Notes: a model not told the origin generated them from the letters alone. Positions 30,536 to 40,175 are shown, counted from the first letter of the stretch. The stretch is 64,000 nt of DNA from Spirochaetia bacterium (GCA_963677925.2 CAXXYH010000004.1:1120001-1184000), one strand, 5' to 3'. Numbers and translations are program-made.

Positions 30536-30820
30536 ATGGAACATATCCAGTTTGAATGGGATAATAAGAAAGATGAGCTAAATCAGAAGAAGCATAAGAT
30601 AGGTTTTGACGAGGCAAAAACTGTATTTTATGATCCATCTGCATTGTTGATTCATGATCCAGATCATTCTGAAGATGAAGAAAGATTCATAATTATGGGG
30701 ATGAGTCAAAGCTTGAAGATCTTAGTTGTTTGTCATTGTTATAGATCTAATGATGAAGTTATACGAATAATATCTGCTAGAAAAGCAGAGAAAGAAGAGA
30801 TTAGGCAATATGGAGGATGA
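30536..30820 (+). CDS. brnT: Cassette 12: BrnT-family toxin
   Basis: FEWDNKK...NQKKHKIGF...EERFIIMG...IRIISARKA. Confidence 0.93.
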   Translation: MEHIQFEWDNKKDELNQKKHKIGFDEAKTVFYDPSALLIHDPDHSEDEERFIIMGMSQSLKILVVCHCYRSNDEVIRIISARKAEKEEIRQYGG

Positions 30821-30824
30821 AGAT

Positions 30825-31040
30825 ATGAGAGATTCATATGATTTTTCGAATGCAAGAAAGAATCCTTACATTACAAAATTAAAGAAGCAAATCACAATCA
30901 GATTGGATGAAGAAACCATAGATTATTTTAAAGAGATGTCAGAAGAATCAGGGATAAAATATCAGCAATTAATAAATCTTTATCTGGCTGATTGTGCAAA
31001 GAAAAATCTAAAATTAAATATAAATTGGAAAGCCTCTTAA
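30825..31040 (+). CDS. brnA: Cassette 12: BrnA-family antitoxin
   Basis: YDFSNARKNPY...KKQITIRLD...YQQLIN. Confidence 0.9.
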   Translation: MRDSYDFSNARKNPYITKLKKQITIRLDEETIDYFKEMSEESGIKYQQLINLYLADCAKKNLKLNINWKAS

Positions 31041-31093
31041 AGCCCAAAGTACGTCCTGTACTTTGGGTAAATAATAAAAGTGATGGGCACTTC

Positions 31094-31188
31094 CTATAAC
31101 AGGGGCTATGTGCTTCGTCGCTATGCGCTCCTCGGGCTGCGCCACATACGGCTTACGCCGTACGTCACATAACCCCTGGACGTTAGCT
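31094..31188 (+). repeat. attC-like site 12
   Basis: ctataac...gttagct. Confidence 0.9.
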
Positions 31189-31313
31189 GAAATGCCCCCG
31201 CGAAGAGAAAGACGCCCGGACCTCCGGCCGGCGGGCGATAAGGAAATTATAATATGCATAATTGATTTACAAGTCTAAATATAGTACTATATAAGCACTA
31301 ATAGGAGTTTATT

Positions 31314-31598
31314 ATGAATTTAAGAGAAGATATTAAGCCGATTTCATATATTAAAACAAACGCAGCAGACATGTTAAAACGTGTTAATGATACTCACAAC
31401 CCGATTGTAATAACCCAGAATGGTGAAGCAAAAGCAGTTTTGATGGATACTGAATCATATCAAGAAATGAGGAATAGTCTTGGAATTTTAAAATTGCTTG
31501 CAGAAGGTGAACGTGATATCGAAAAGGGAGATATCTATACACAAGATGAAGTTTTTGAAGAAATTGAAGCAAAACTGTTAAATATGAAGAAGAAATAA
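31314..31598 (+). CDS. Cassette 13: Phd/YefM antitoxin
   Basis: IKPISYIK...PIVITQNGEAKAVLMD. Confidence 0.92.
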   Translation: MNLREDIKPISYIKTNAADMLKRVNDTHNPIVITQNGEAKAVLMDTESYQEMRNSLGILKLLAEGERDIEKGDIYTQDEVFEEIEAKLLNMKKK

Positions 31599-31602
31599 TG
31601 AT

Positions 31603-31917
31603 ATGGAAGTTATTTGGACTAAAACAGCAAAAAATGATTTAAATGAGATAGTTGAATATATAGCAAATGACTCTGTAGAAATAGCATTAAATAAATTTTA
31701 TGAAATTAGAGAAAGTACTAAACCCTTAGAGAAATTTCCTGAACAAGGAAGACTGATTCCAGAATTAAGAAATGAAAACATCTTGCGATATAGGGAAATT
31801 ATAATAAACCCATGGCGGATAATGTATAAAATAGAAGATAAGAAAGTTTATATTATAGCAGTCATAGATGGAAGAAGAAATGTTGAAGATGTTTTAATGA
31901 AAAGGCAACTTCGTTAA
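31603..31917 (+). CDS. Cassette 13: RelE/ParE-family toxin
   Basis: VIWTKTAKNDLNEIVEYIA...FPEQGR...WRIMY...VIDGRR. Confidence 0.9.
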   Translation: MEVIWTKTAKNDLNEIVEYIANDSVEIALNKFYEIRESTKPLEKFPEQGRLIPELRNENILRYREIIINPWRIMYKIEDKKVYIIAVIDGRRNVEDVLMKRQLR

Positions 31918-31982
31918 AGAAACATTAAAAGAATCCAGACCTAACTCCGTCGAACGGTCTGGATGAAGAGCGGGGGCACTAC

Positions 31983-32075
31983 AGCTAACAGGGGCTATGT
32001 GCATCGTCGCTATACGCTCCTCGGGCGCGCCACATACGGCTTCGCCGTACGTCACATAACCCCGGGACGTTAGAC
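31983..32075 (+). repeat. attC-like site 13
   Basis: agctaac...gttagac. Confidence 0.9.
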
Positions 32076-32128
32076 GAAATCACGAACCTAAGAGAAAGAG
32101 GATGCTTGCCATCCTTGGCAAGCAAAGA

Positions 32129-32157
32129 TTGACAAATTTATGTAATTACTATATAAT
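32129..32157 (+). promoter_or_regulatory. Consensus sigma70 promoter of the mazEF cassette
   Basis: TTGACA-17 bp-TATAAT overlapping gtaattac palindromes. Confidence 0.85.
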
Positions 32158-32176
32158 TACAATAAAGAGGTGTATT

Positions 32177-32425
32177 ATGTTAGTTTCAGTGGTTCCTATA
32201 GGCAATTCAAAAGGAATACGAATTCCGAAGAGCATTTTGCAACAGTTAAATATTGAAGAAAAAGTTGAATTAGAAGTGCATAATACAGAAATACTGATTA
32301 GACCAATAAAGAAAAAGCCAAGGGAAGGATGGTCCGAAGAGTTTATGAAGATGCATCAAAATGGGGATGATTCATTACTTTTAGACAATTTGACTGAACA
32401 GGGTGATTTTGAATGGGAATGGTAA
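32177..32425 (+). CDS. mazE: Cassette 14: AbrB/MazE antitoxin
   Basis: IGNSKGIRIPK motif; RBS gaggtg. Confidence 0.9.
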   Translation: MLVSVVPIGNSKGIRIPKSILQQLNIEEKVELEVHNTEILIRPIKKKPREGWSEEFMKMHQNGDDSLLLDNLTEQGDFEWEW

Positions 32426-32742
32426 TTCATCAATATGAGGTATATTTAATAAACTTAGATCCAACAGTTGGCCATGAAATAAAAAAGACAAGACCTTGTT
32501 TAGTGATTTCACCAAATGAAATGAATGAAACAATCCAGACTATTATTATCGCTCCAATGACAACAAAATCACATACATATCCTACTCGTGTAGCTGTTAA
32601 GTTTCAAAATAAAGATGGATGGATTGTTTTAGATCAATTAAGAACTGTTGATAGGAAGAGATTAATTAAAAAGATTGGTAAAATAAATAGAAAAGAAGTA
32701 GATCTCGTCAAGAATGTGCTACAGGAAATGTTAATAGATTAA
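32413..32742 (+). CDS. mazF: Cassette 14: PemK/MazF toxin
   Basis: LDPTVGHEIKKTRPCLVIS...DQLRTVD. Confidence 0.94.
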   Translation: MGMVIHQYEVYLINLDPTVGHEIKKTRPCLVISPNEMNETIQTIIIAPMTTKSHTYPTRVAVKFQNKDGWIVLDQLRTVDRKRLIKKIGKINRKEVDLVKNVLQEMLID

Positions 32743-32791
32743 AGCCAAACAACATCCATGTTGCTTGGCTTTGAAGAAGGTTCGTGACATC

Positions 32792-32882
32792 GTCTAACAA
32801 GGGTTATTCGCTCGTCACTACGCTCCTCGGGCTGCGCCACATACGGCTTCGCCGTACGTCACATAACCCCGGAACGTTATCC
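32792..32882 (+). repeat. attC-like site 14
   Basis: gtctaac...gttatcc. Confidence 0.88.
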
Positions 32883-32973
32883 GAAATATTGTGGCTTGAA
32901 GAAACTCGCCTTCCTTGGCTCGTTAGAAAGAATTAAGATTGATAAAAATTAAAAAGTGTTGTACAATGTACAT

Positions 32974-33366
32974 ATGAGCATATTGGTAGATGCAAACATA
33001 TATTTAGCAGTAATTCTCGATGAGCCGGAAAAAAGCAAAATTATTGGATTAACTCAGGAAGATGATCTGATATCACCGGTTGTTTTACCTTTCGAAGTGG
33101 GAAACGCTCTATCTGCAATGTATAAAAGAAATAGATTAGATAAAAGTCAAATAATTGATTGTTATTCAATATTTCAGAAAATACCAGTGCGTTTGATTGA
33201 TGTTAATATTCAAAACTCATTAGTAATAGCAGCAGATTATGGAATATATGCCTACGATGCGTATTATTTGGAGATAGCAAAACGATACAAATGCAGTTTG
33301 TTGAGTTTGGATAATAGAATGAAAGAAGTGGCTAATGATTTAGGAGTTCACTTATTGGAGGTCTGA
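32974..33366 (+). CDS. vapC: Cassette 15: PIN/VapC toxin (toxin-first order)
   Basis: ILVDAN, EVGNAL, YDAYYL, SLD acidic PIN residues. Confidence 0.9.
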   Translation: MSILVDANIYLAVILDEPEKSKIIGLTQEDDLISPVVLPFEVGNALSAMYKRNRLDKSQIIDCYSIFQKIPVRLIDVNIQNSLVIAADYGIYAYDAYYLEIAKRYKCSLLSLDNRMKEVANDLGVHLLEV

Positions 33367-33591
33367 ATGAGAGTTTTTAATTATTCAGAAGCAAGGCAGA
33401 ATTTCGCTTCAATATTGAATATGGCAGCAGAAGAAGATGTCATAATAGCAAAGAAGGATGGAAGCAGATTTAAGATTGTACCGCTTACTAAAAATGAAAG
33501 CAAATCACCATTTGATGTTCCAGGAATTAAAAGTAAAGTTACAACCAAAGAAATTCTTGATGTAATTAGAGAAACTCGAGAGTTATCGTAG
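33367..33591 (+). CDS. Cassette 15: Phd-like antitoxin
   Basis: FNYSEARQNFASILN...VIIAKKDG. Confidence 0.85.
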   Translation: MRVFNYSEARQNFASILNMAAEEDVIIAKKDGSRFKIVPLTKNESKSPFDVPGIKSKVTTKEILDVIRETRELS

Positions 33592-33643
33592 AGAAGAAAG
33601 CCGTAATTACGTCCTGTAATTACGGCTTAAGCCACAATACTTC

Positions 33644-33725
33644 AGATAACAAGGGTTACACGCTCCGGCCATTCGGCCTACGCCCAAATTGCTGCGCAAC
33701 TTCGCTTAACCCTGGAACGTTAGCT
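33644..33725 (+). repeat. attC-like site 15
   Basis: agataac-aagggtta...taaccct-ggaac-gttagct. Confidence 0.88.
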
Positions 33726-33846
33726 GAAATGCAACCGCTAAGAGAAAGACGCCCGGACCTCCGGTCGACGGGCGATCATGAAGAGAAAGAATATAAAAAT
33801 TGACATGATATATATCAAGGTATATACTTAAAATAGAGGTGGGTAT

Positions 33847-34077
33847 ATGCAAACGGCAAAAATTTTTCAAAATGGAAGATCTCAAGCTATTAGGATACCG
33901 AAAGAATATCAGTTTAAAGGTGATGAAGTATACATTCAAAAGCATGGCGATGCTGTACTGTTGATTCCGCATGAAAAAGCTTGGGAAGTCTTTATGGAAG
34001 GCATAAATGAGTTCACAGAAGATTTTATGAAAGATGGAAGAGAACAAGGCGAAGTACAAGAGAGAGAAGCATTTTAA
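33847..34077 (+). CDS. vapB: Cassette 16: VapB antitoxin
   Basis: AKIFQNGRSQAIRIPKEY; promoter TTGACA-17-TATACT upstream. Confidence 0.94.
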   Translation: MQTAKIFQNGRSQAIRIPKEYQFKGDEVYIQKHGDAVLLIPHEKAWEVFMEGINEFTEDFMKDGREQGEVQEREAF

Positions 34078-34475
34078 TGTATTTACTTGATACTAATATT
34101 TGTATATTCGCGATTAAACGTAAGCCTTCAAAAGTATTTGAATTAATAAAAGAAAGATCTAAAGAAGGAATATATATTTCATCATTAACAGTAGCAGAGT
34201 TGGAATTTGGTGTTCAAAATAGTGAACGAGAAGAGCAAAACAGAATAGCTCTTCTAAAATTTCTTTCTGTATTCAATATTTTAAATTTTGATGATTCAGA
34301 CGCAATAGATTATGGGAGGATGAAAGTAGATTTAAGAAAGAATGGTAATGTAATTGGACCAATTGATATGTTATTGGCTGCGCAAGCTTTGAATAAAGAT
34401 ATGATATTTGTAACCAATAATGTAAAAGAATTTGAAAGAGTAAAAGGTTTAAGAATAGAAGATTGGAGTGTTTAG
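34077..34475 (+). CDS. vapC: Cassette 16: VapC toxin
   Basis: YLLDTNICI, AELEFG, IGPIDMLLAAQA, VTNNVKEFERV. Confidence 0.95.
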   Translation: MYLLDTNICIFAIKRKPSKVFELIKERSKEGIYISSLTVAELEFGVQNSEREEQNRIALLKFLSVFNILNFDDSDAIDYGRMKVDLRKNGNVIGPIDMLLAAQALNKDMIFVTNNVKEFERVKGLRIEDWSV

Positions 34476-34529
34476 AAGAATCCAGCCCTAACTCCGTCGA
34501 ACGGTCTGGATGAGGAGCGGTGGCACTAC

Positions 34530-34623
34530 AGCTAACAGGGACTATGTGCTCGTCGCTTTATGCTCCTCGGCCTTCGCCACATACGGCTTACGCCGTACGT
34601 CACATAACCCCGGGACGTTATGT
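34530..34623 (+). repeat. attC-like site 16
   Basis: agctaac...gttatgt. Confidence 0.88.
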
Positions 34624-34686
34624 TCAATGCCCGGCTTAAGAGCTTAATAGTCCTCGGCAATCCGTGGCCTCGGGAAGGAAGAAGAA

Positions 34687-35676
34687 ATGAAAAGTAATGC
34701 AGAAAAAACAATACAATCTCTTAGAAAGATTAATGATTTCCCTTTTTATATCGCAAAATATTATGGTGACTATAAAATTACTGAATATAAGAATGGAGCG
34801 ATAAAAAGTCCAAATGATATAGTTCCTTTTTTTAAAAATCTTTTTTCAGAATTAGGACAACCAACAGAGTTAAGTTTTCCAAAGCCTCCTGAAATCAATT
34901 TAGGTTGTAGTGCTTTTTTCTGCCGCGATAAAAAAAACTCTGCTATCATTGGTAAAAACAATGACTGGAAAAGAGATCCAATTCTTTTACTCAAGACAAC
35001 ACCAGATGAAGGCTATACATCATTTTCTATGGTTAATTTGAGTTTCTGTGATTTATTTCAATTAGGTTCTTTTGATCACAATCTATTATTATCACCTTAT
35101 GTTCCACTCGATGGTATGAATGAGATTGGGCTTGTTGTAACAACATTGGCTGTTCATGAAGGTTCAGAATATCCGCTAAAATCAAATCATTTATCAGTTG
35201 GTGATTTTAATTTAGTAAGAATTATCCTTGATACATGTGCCAATATAGATGAAGCAATCGTTATAATTGATCAGTATAATATAATGCAAACAGGTCCGCT
35301 TCCAATACATCTTCTTATCGCTGATAAAAGTGACTCTTGTATAGTTGAATTCTTTGATGGAAAGAAACATATAAAAAGAGATCAAGATTTAAACTACTTA
35401 ACAAATTTTCTTAAACTGAAAACTTCTGATTATGAGAATCAAAGGAATCTTTGTAATCGGTATCAGACTATAGAAAGACGGTTTAAGCAAGATAAAATTA
35501 TCATTAAAATTCATGAAGCAAAGAAAATTTTTTCAGAAGTATCAGTTTGTACTGGAAATTTTCAAATTCCAAGTACCATCTATTCAACAATATATTGTCC
35601 GAATGATTTAAGTCTGAAAATAAAGATAGGTGATGAATCAAAATATTACTCGTTATCGCTACAGGAGAGTAAATGA
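34687..35676 (+). CDS. Cassette 17: Ntn hydrolase (C45/choloylglycine hydrolase-like)
   Basis: GCSAF nucleophile, GKNNDW, DGMNEIGL, HLLIAD, LTNF. Confidence 0.85.
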   Translation: MKSNAEKTIQSLRKINDFPFYIAKYYGDYKITEYKNGAIKSPNDIVPFFKNLFSELGQPTELSFPKPPEINLGCSAFFCRDKKNSAIIGKNNDWKRDPILLLKTTPDEGYTSFSMVNLSFCDLFQLGSFDHNLLLSPYVPLDGMNEIGLVVTTLAVHEGSEYPLKSNHLSVGDFNLVRIILDTCANIDEAIVIIDQYNIMQTGPLPIHLLIADKSDSCIVEFFDGKKHIKRDQDLNYLTNFLKLKTSDYENQRNLCNRYQTIERRFKQDKIIIKIHEAKKIFSEVSVCTGNFQIPSTIYSTIYCPNDLSLKIKIGDESKYYSLSLQESK

Positions 35677-36239
35677 CAGATATTGAAATCCTGGGGCTAA
35701 ATAATAGCTTCTCTTTTGAAGAATTAAAGAGAGCTTTCAGACAAAAATCAAAACAATTTCATCCTGATAAAAATCAGGATAACTTGAATAGCCATCTTGC
35801 GATGATTCAATTGAATCAAGCATATTCAAATCTTCAGAAGAAAATCAAAGAAAAGCCTGTTTTGAATAATCGGGACCTATCCATAGATACTGCATATTCA
35901 ATATATAAAGATGGAATCTCAAAGTTTCAGAGTATCCATCCTTCCAAATGGAAATCATATTCTATCGATGGACTTTTTGATCCAAGTGCAATTAACACTC
36001 ATTCTGAAACACCTTTAATTTTACAATCTTTAATAACACTGATGGCAGAAGCTTATCATCGTTTTTCAACTGTAGTGAACGAACATGAAAATAGTTCTTG
36101 GTATTCAGATTCAATAACGAAAATGAAAGAAATTGAGAAAATGACACAACGGTATATCAAGATAAAGGAATCATATGAAATAGAAATGAATGATAGAAAG
36201 CGGATCAGAAAATCTGTCCATGGACTTTCTGAAAATTGA
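35673..36239 (+). CDS. Cassette 17: J-domain protein
   Basis: ILGL...LKRAFRQKSKQFHPDKN...LNQAY. Confidence 0.88.
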   Translation: MTDIEILGLNNSFSFEELKRAFRQKSKQFHPDKNQDNLNSHLAMIQLNQAYSNLQKKIKEKPVLNNRDLSIDTAYSIYKDGISKFQSIHPSKWKSYSIDGLFDPSAINTHSETPLILQSLITLMAEAYHRFSTVVNEHENSSWYSDSITKMKEIEKMTQRYIKIKESYEIEMNDRKRIRKSVHGLSEN

Positions 36240-36261
36240 AACCAAACCTGCCGGGCAATAA

Positions 36262-36408
36262 ACATAACAGCGAATATGCGGTTGCGCTTCGCTCCACCCA
36301 AATTGCTTCTTTGATAAAATCTGAAAAAAGTATGTTATACTTTTTCCAGATTTTATCAAGCCCCGCAAGGGGGCTGAAGCAACTTCGCATATTCGCGAAA
36401 CGTTATAT
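36262..36408 (+). repeat. attC-like site 17 (extended)
   Basis: acataac-agcgaatatgcg...cgcatattcgc-gaaac-gttatat. Confidence 0.87.
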
Positions 36409-36557
36409 GATATAATTGAGCAGGCGGCAAATAGACACTCGCCGTCCTGGCTTGTGTGTAAGAGAATATAAATGATTTAACAATTAATAAATGATTAAAA
36501 ATTTCAAATAGAATATAAAATCATTTAGGTTTATTTTTAGGAGAAGAAAGAAGAAGA

Positions 36558-37043
36558 ATGAAAAAATATCATTTAAATAATCGTCCAAACCGTGAATTAA
36601 CAAATGAGATTGATATTACAGCAATTTTAGAAAGTGGGAAATATGCTGTAATTGCTATGTGTCGTGATAATGAACCATATATTGTTACTTTAAGTTATGG
36701 TTATGATTCATTAAAAAAATGTTTATATTTTCATTGTTCACCTATTGGGCTAAAGCTCGATTTTATAAAATATAATGCGAAAGTTTGTGCGACAGTAATT
36801 GAAGATGGTGGATATATAGTTGATGAATGTGGTCATAATTATAGAACAGCAGTTTTCTGGGGTAATATAAATATAGTTTTAGATTTAGATGAAAAAAAGC
36901 ATGGAATGAAAATGATACTAAATCATCTTGAGGAAAATCCATCAATAATTAAGGATAAGTTATTAAAGTCAGGCGACTTTTATTCAAAGATGGAAATATT
37001 AAGGCTTGATATTTCTCAGATTCATGGGAAAGCAGGAAGATGA
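36558..37043 (+). CDS. Cassette 18: pyridoxamine 5'-phosphate oxidase/Nim-like flavin-binding protein
   Basis: PYIVTLSYGY, LYFHC, GLKL, KVC motifs. Confidence 0.85.
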   Translation: MKKYHLNNRPNRELTNEIDITAILESGKYAVIAMCRDNEPYIVTLSYGYDSLKKCLYFHCSPIGLKLDFIKYNAKVCATVIEDGGYIVDECGHNYRTAVFWGNINIVLDLDEKKHGMKMILNHLEENPSIIKDKLLKSGDFYSKMEILRLDISQIHGKAGR

Positions 37044-37116
37044 TTTTAAGAGAAGTCGAAAGGCCCAAAAAACGTCCATATATTTGGGGGGGTAAATGAT
37101 AGTGCTCAAGTACGTC

Positions 37117-37211
37117 ATATAACAGGGGCTATGTGCTTCATCGCTGTGCGCTCCTCGGGCTGCGCCACATACGGCTTGCGCCGTACGTCACATATCCCCG
37201 TGAAGTTAGAT
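37117..37211 (+). repeat. attC-like site 18
   Basis: atataac...gttagat; slightly degenerate. Confidence 0.82.
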
Positions 37212-37229
37212 TCAATATGTCAATAAACA

Positions 37230-37880
37230 ATGAAAAAGGAGATTCCTATGACACAATTTGGTAAACCAACAGGGAAAATGGGCAAAATACTGGCAAAAGG
37301 ATTTGCTTTTGGTCATAAGGATTTTTATAAGAACACAGCATTCATTGCTGGATTAACAGAATCTGATGAATTGCTGGAAATCGGGTTTGGTTCCGGAATG
37401 TTTATTAATAAATATGCAAAGCATATAAAACATATTGCCGGATTAGATATTTCACCGGATATGGTTGAATTAGCAAAAGAGATTAACAGTAAATTGCTTG
37501 ATGAAAAAAAGCTAGAACTTATAGAAGGAAACATTTTATCATTACCTTGGAATGATAATTCTTTTTCAGTCATCATTAGTATAGAATCATTTTTCTTTTG
37601 GGAAAATGTCGAAAAAGCCGTGTTAGAAATTTATCGTGTTCTAAAACCGGGAGGAAGGATTGTTATAGAAATGGCATTTAATTTGGAAGACGGTCAAGAT
37701 CATACAAAAGATATAAAGAAAATTGGATTTCAACTTTATGAGGAGAAGAATATCCGGAATCTTTTGAACGAATCAGGTTTTATTGATGTTTCTTTCAATT
37801 ATTATAAAGCATTTTGGATTCCTATTAAGGGATATATTGTCACAAAAGGTATGATCTTTAAGGCTTGTAAGCCCCATTGA
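37230..37880 (+). CDS. Cassette 19: class I SAM-dependent methyltransferase
   Basis: LLEIGFGSG, GLDIS, RVLKPGG. Confidence 0.9.
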   Translation: MKKEIPMTQFGKPTGKMGKILAKGFAFGHKDFYKNTAFIAGLTESDELLEIGFGSGMFINKYAKHIKHIAGLDISPDMVELAKEINSKLLDEKKLELIEGNILSLPWNDNSFSVIISIESFFFWENVEKAVLEIYRVLKPGGRIVIEMAFNLEDGQDHTKDIKKIGFQLYEEKNIRNLLNESGFIDVSFNYYKAFWIPIKGYIVTKGMIFKACKPH

Positions 37881-37888
37881 CATACTAC

Positions 37889-37967
37889 AGCTAACAGGGG
37901 CTATACGCTCCTCGGGCTGCGCCACATTCGGCTGCGCCGAACGGCACATAATCCCGAAACGTTATGT
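37889..37967 (+). repeat. attC-like site 19 (internally deleted)
   Basis: agctaac-aggggctatacgctcc lacks one arm; ends gttatgt. Confidence 0.8.
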
Positions 37968-37992
37968 GTCATCTGTTGAAATATCTGGAGGT

Positions 37993-38472
37993 ATGATGAA
38001 TATAAATAAGGGAGTTGAATTAAGAAAAGAAGGCAAACTAATAGAATCAAATAACTTCTTTATAAAACTTGCAATTGAATACCCTAATGATGCCATAGTT
38101 CAGTATCAATGTGCATGGAGCTTTGATGTTTTAGAGAAAGAGACAGAAGCGATCTATTATTATGAGAAAGCAATAGAACTTGGTCTGCAAGATAATGATC
38201 TGAAAGAAGCATTGCTAGGTTTGGGTAGTACTTACCGGTCAATTGGTGAATATGAGAAATCAAAACAGACATTTGAGAAGGGAATCTCATTATTCAATGA
38301 TAATTCCTTAAAGGTTTTTTATGCGATGACCTTATACAATTATGGAGAATATTCCAGGTCTATGGATTTATTACTCAATATTATTGCGAACACAACCCAA
38401 GATAAATCTATATTAACATATAAAAAGGCAATAAAGTTTTATTCAGGGAGATTGGATGAGGTATTTAACTAA
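37993..38472 (+). CDS. Cassette 20: TPR protein
   Basis: EAIYYYEKAIELG...LGLGSTYRSIGEY; RBS ggagg. Confidence 0.88.
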   Translation: MMNINKGVELRKEGKLIESNNFFIKLAIEYPNDAIVQYQCAWSFDVLEKETEAIYYYEKAIELGLQDNDLKEALLGLGSTYRSIGEYEKSKQTFEKGISLFNDNSLKVFYAMTLYNYGEYSRSMDLLLNIIANTTQDKSILTYKKAIKFYSGRLDEVFN

Positions 38473-38484
38473 GGAAAGAATGAC

Positions 38485-38560
38485 ACATAACAGCGAATAT
38501 ACGGTTCCGCTTTGATTCACCCAAACTGGCCGTTGACCAGCTTCGCATATTCGCGGGATG
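38485..38560 (+). repeat. attC-like site 20 with its GTT crossover deleted
   Basis: acataac-agcgaatat...atattcgc-ggga is followed directly by tggcaataagcac. Confidence 0.8.
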
Positions 38561-38629
38561 GCAATAAGCACTATATTTATTGAGAAAAGCTGAATCTGCC
38601 ATCCATGGCAGATAAAAGGATTTAAATGC

Positions 38630-39454
38630 ATGATTTATGAATTGGACAAAGCAGATTATTATAGGGCCGAGAATCTTTTTACCAAGTTGAAAACAAACAC
38701 AGCAATTGAGTCAATTTTTAACCATAAAAACGAAGCTCGTCTGTTTGTTGATAATCCAAGTAAACCGAAAAGCATCTTCATTCTTAATTCATGGGCTTAC
38801 TACTATCTGGCTGGTGAATCCGAAAATGAAAAATTTAATTCTTCATTAGTTAAGTTTCTTGAAAATGATTTTTTTCCAGAATGTCTCAAAACAAATTCTA
38901 ATACAGTTTTCGCATTTTATCCCGATAGTAACCAGTGGTGTAAAAAATCTGAAGAAATATTTTCTCATTTGAATATTGAAAAATCGGGAAAAACCTATTT
39001 TAACTATGATGAAAAACGTTTCAATAAAAACTGGAGAGAAAATATTCCTGAAGGTTTCAGTGTAAAAAGAATCAGCTCGGAAATTATTAATTCAATTGAA
39101 AATAATGAAGAATTTGTAAATTACATAAAATTTGCCTGGACAACAACTGATCAGTATTTTGACAAAGGATTGGGATACTGTGCTATTGATGCAAATGATT
39201 TTGCAACAATTTGTATTTCTGTTTTTGCTTCTGAAAATGAGCGAGAAGTGGGGATTAAAACATTTCCTGACTTTCAAAGAAAGGGATTGGCATATGTTAC
39301 AGCCTGTGCCTATATTGAAGAATGTTTAAAAAATAATTTTGTTCCTGTCTGGTCATGTTTTAGCGAAAATAAAGTATCAATAAGATTAGCAGAAAAACTT
39401 GGCTACAAAATCGAAGCCTCGCATCCGATTTATTTTGCGAAGATTGGTGATTGA
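38630..39454 (+). CDS. Cassette 21: GNAT acetyltransferase
   Basis: EVGIKTFPDFQRKGLA...PVWSC...NKVSIRLAEKLGY. Confidence 0.9.
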   Translation: MIYELDKADYYRAENLFTKLKTNTAIESIFNHKNEARLFVDNPSKPKSIFILNSWAYYYLAGESENEKFNSSLVKFLENDFFPECLKTNSNTVFAFYPDSNQWCKKSEEIFSHLNIEKSGKTYFNYDEKRFNKNWRENIPEGFSVKRISSEIINSIENNEEFVNYIKFAWTTTDQYFDKGLGYCAIDANDFATICISVFASENEREVGIKTFPDFQRKGLAYVTACAYIEECLKNNFVPVWSCFSENKVSIRLAEKLGYKIEASHPIYFAKIGD

Positions 39455-39514
39455 AGAAAACGTATCGCTGGGCATCCATGCCTCTCTACAGGCTTGCATT
39501 CCTGTGCTTGCTGC

Positions 39515-39663
39515 CTATAACAGAGAATATACACTGCGGCTCGCCTTGGCATTCTGCAAATCGCCTTTGACAAATACCTGATGAAATGTGATACAATTTC
39601 CCATATATTTATTACCCCTATAGGGGTGCCAGGCGACTTTCGTATATTCGAGGAACGTTAGGC
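39515..39663 (+). repeat. attC-like site 21 (extended)
   Basis: ctataac-agagaatatac...gtatattcga-ggaac-gttaggc. Confidence 0.8.
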
Positions 39664-39682
39664 CATAATTTATGGAGAAAAA

Positions 39683-40141
39683 ATGGATGTACATATAAGT
39701 AAATTAAACTCCAATACGGATGTTCCTATGGATTTATTGCTACTTGCCGATCCATCGGAAGAATTAGTTAAAAGTTATCTTAAAAAGGGAACATGCTATA
39801 TCGCTGAATTTGATGAAGAAACAGTTGGCGTTATTCTTATTGTGGAGACAAAACCACATACTGTTGAAGTTATGAATCTTGCGGTTAAAGAAGAACTGCA
39901 TAATAACGGTATAGGCAAAAAACTCCTCTTGCACGTTATTGAAGAAATAAAAAAAAGTGATACAAAAACAATTGAAATCGGAACTGGAAATCCCGGAGTA
40001 GTACAAATGTTATTGTATCAAAAGTGTGGTTTCCGTATCGTAGGGATAGATTTTGATTTTTTTAGAAGGACGCATCCTGAACCGATATATGAGAATGGAA
40101 TAGAATGCCGTGATATGATAAGAATGAGAATTGAGTTATAG
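39683..40141 (+). CDS. Cassette 22: GNAT acetyltransferase
   Basis: LLLLADPS, HNNGIGK, LYQKCGFR. Confidence 0.92.
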   Translation: MDVHISKLNSNTDVPMDLLLLADPSEELVKSYLKKGTCYIAEFDEETVGVILIVETKPHTVEVMNLAVKEELHNNGIGKKLLLHVIEEIKKSDTKTIEIGTGNPGVVQMLLYQKCGFRIVGIDFDFFRRTHPEPIYENGIECRDMIRMRIEL

Positions 40142-40175
40142 TATGGAGGGTCTTAACGGTTTTATCCATAAACAG

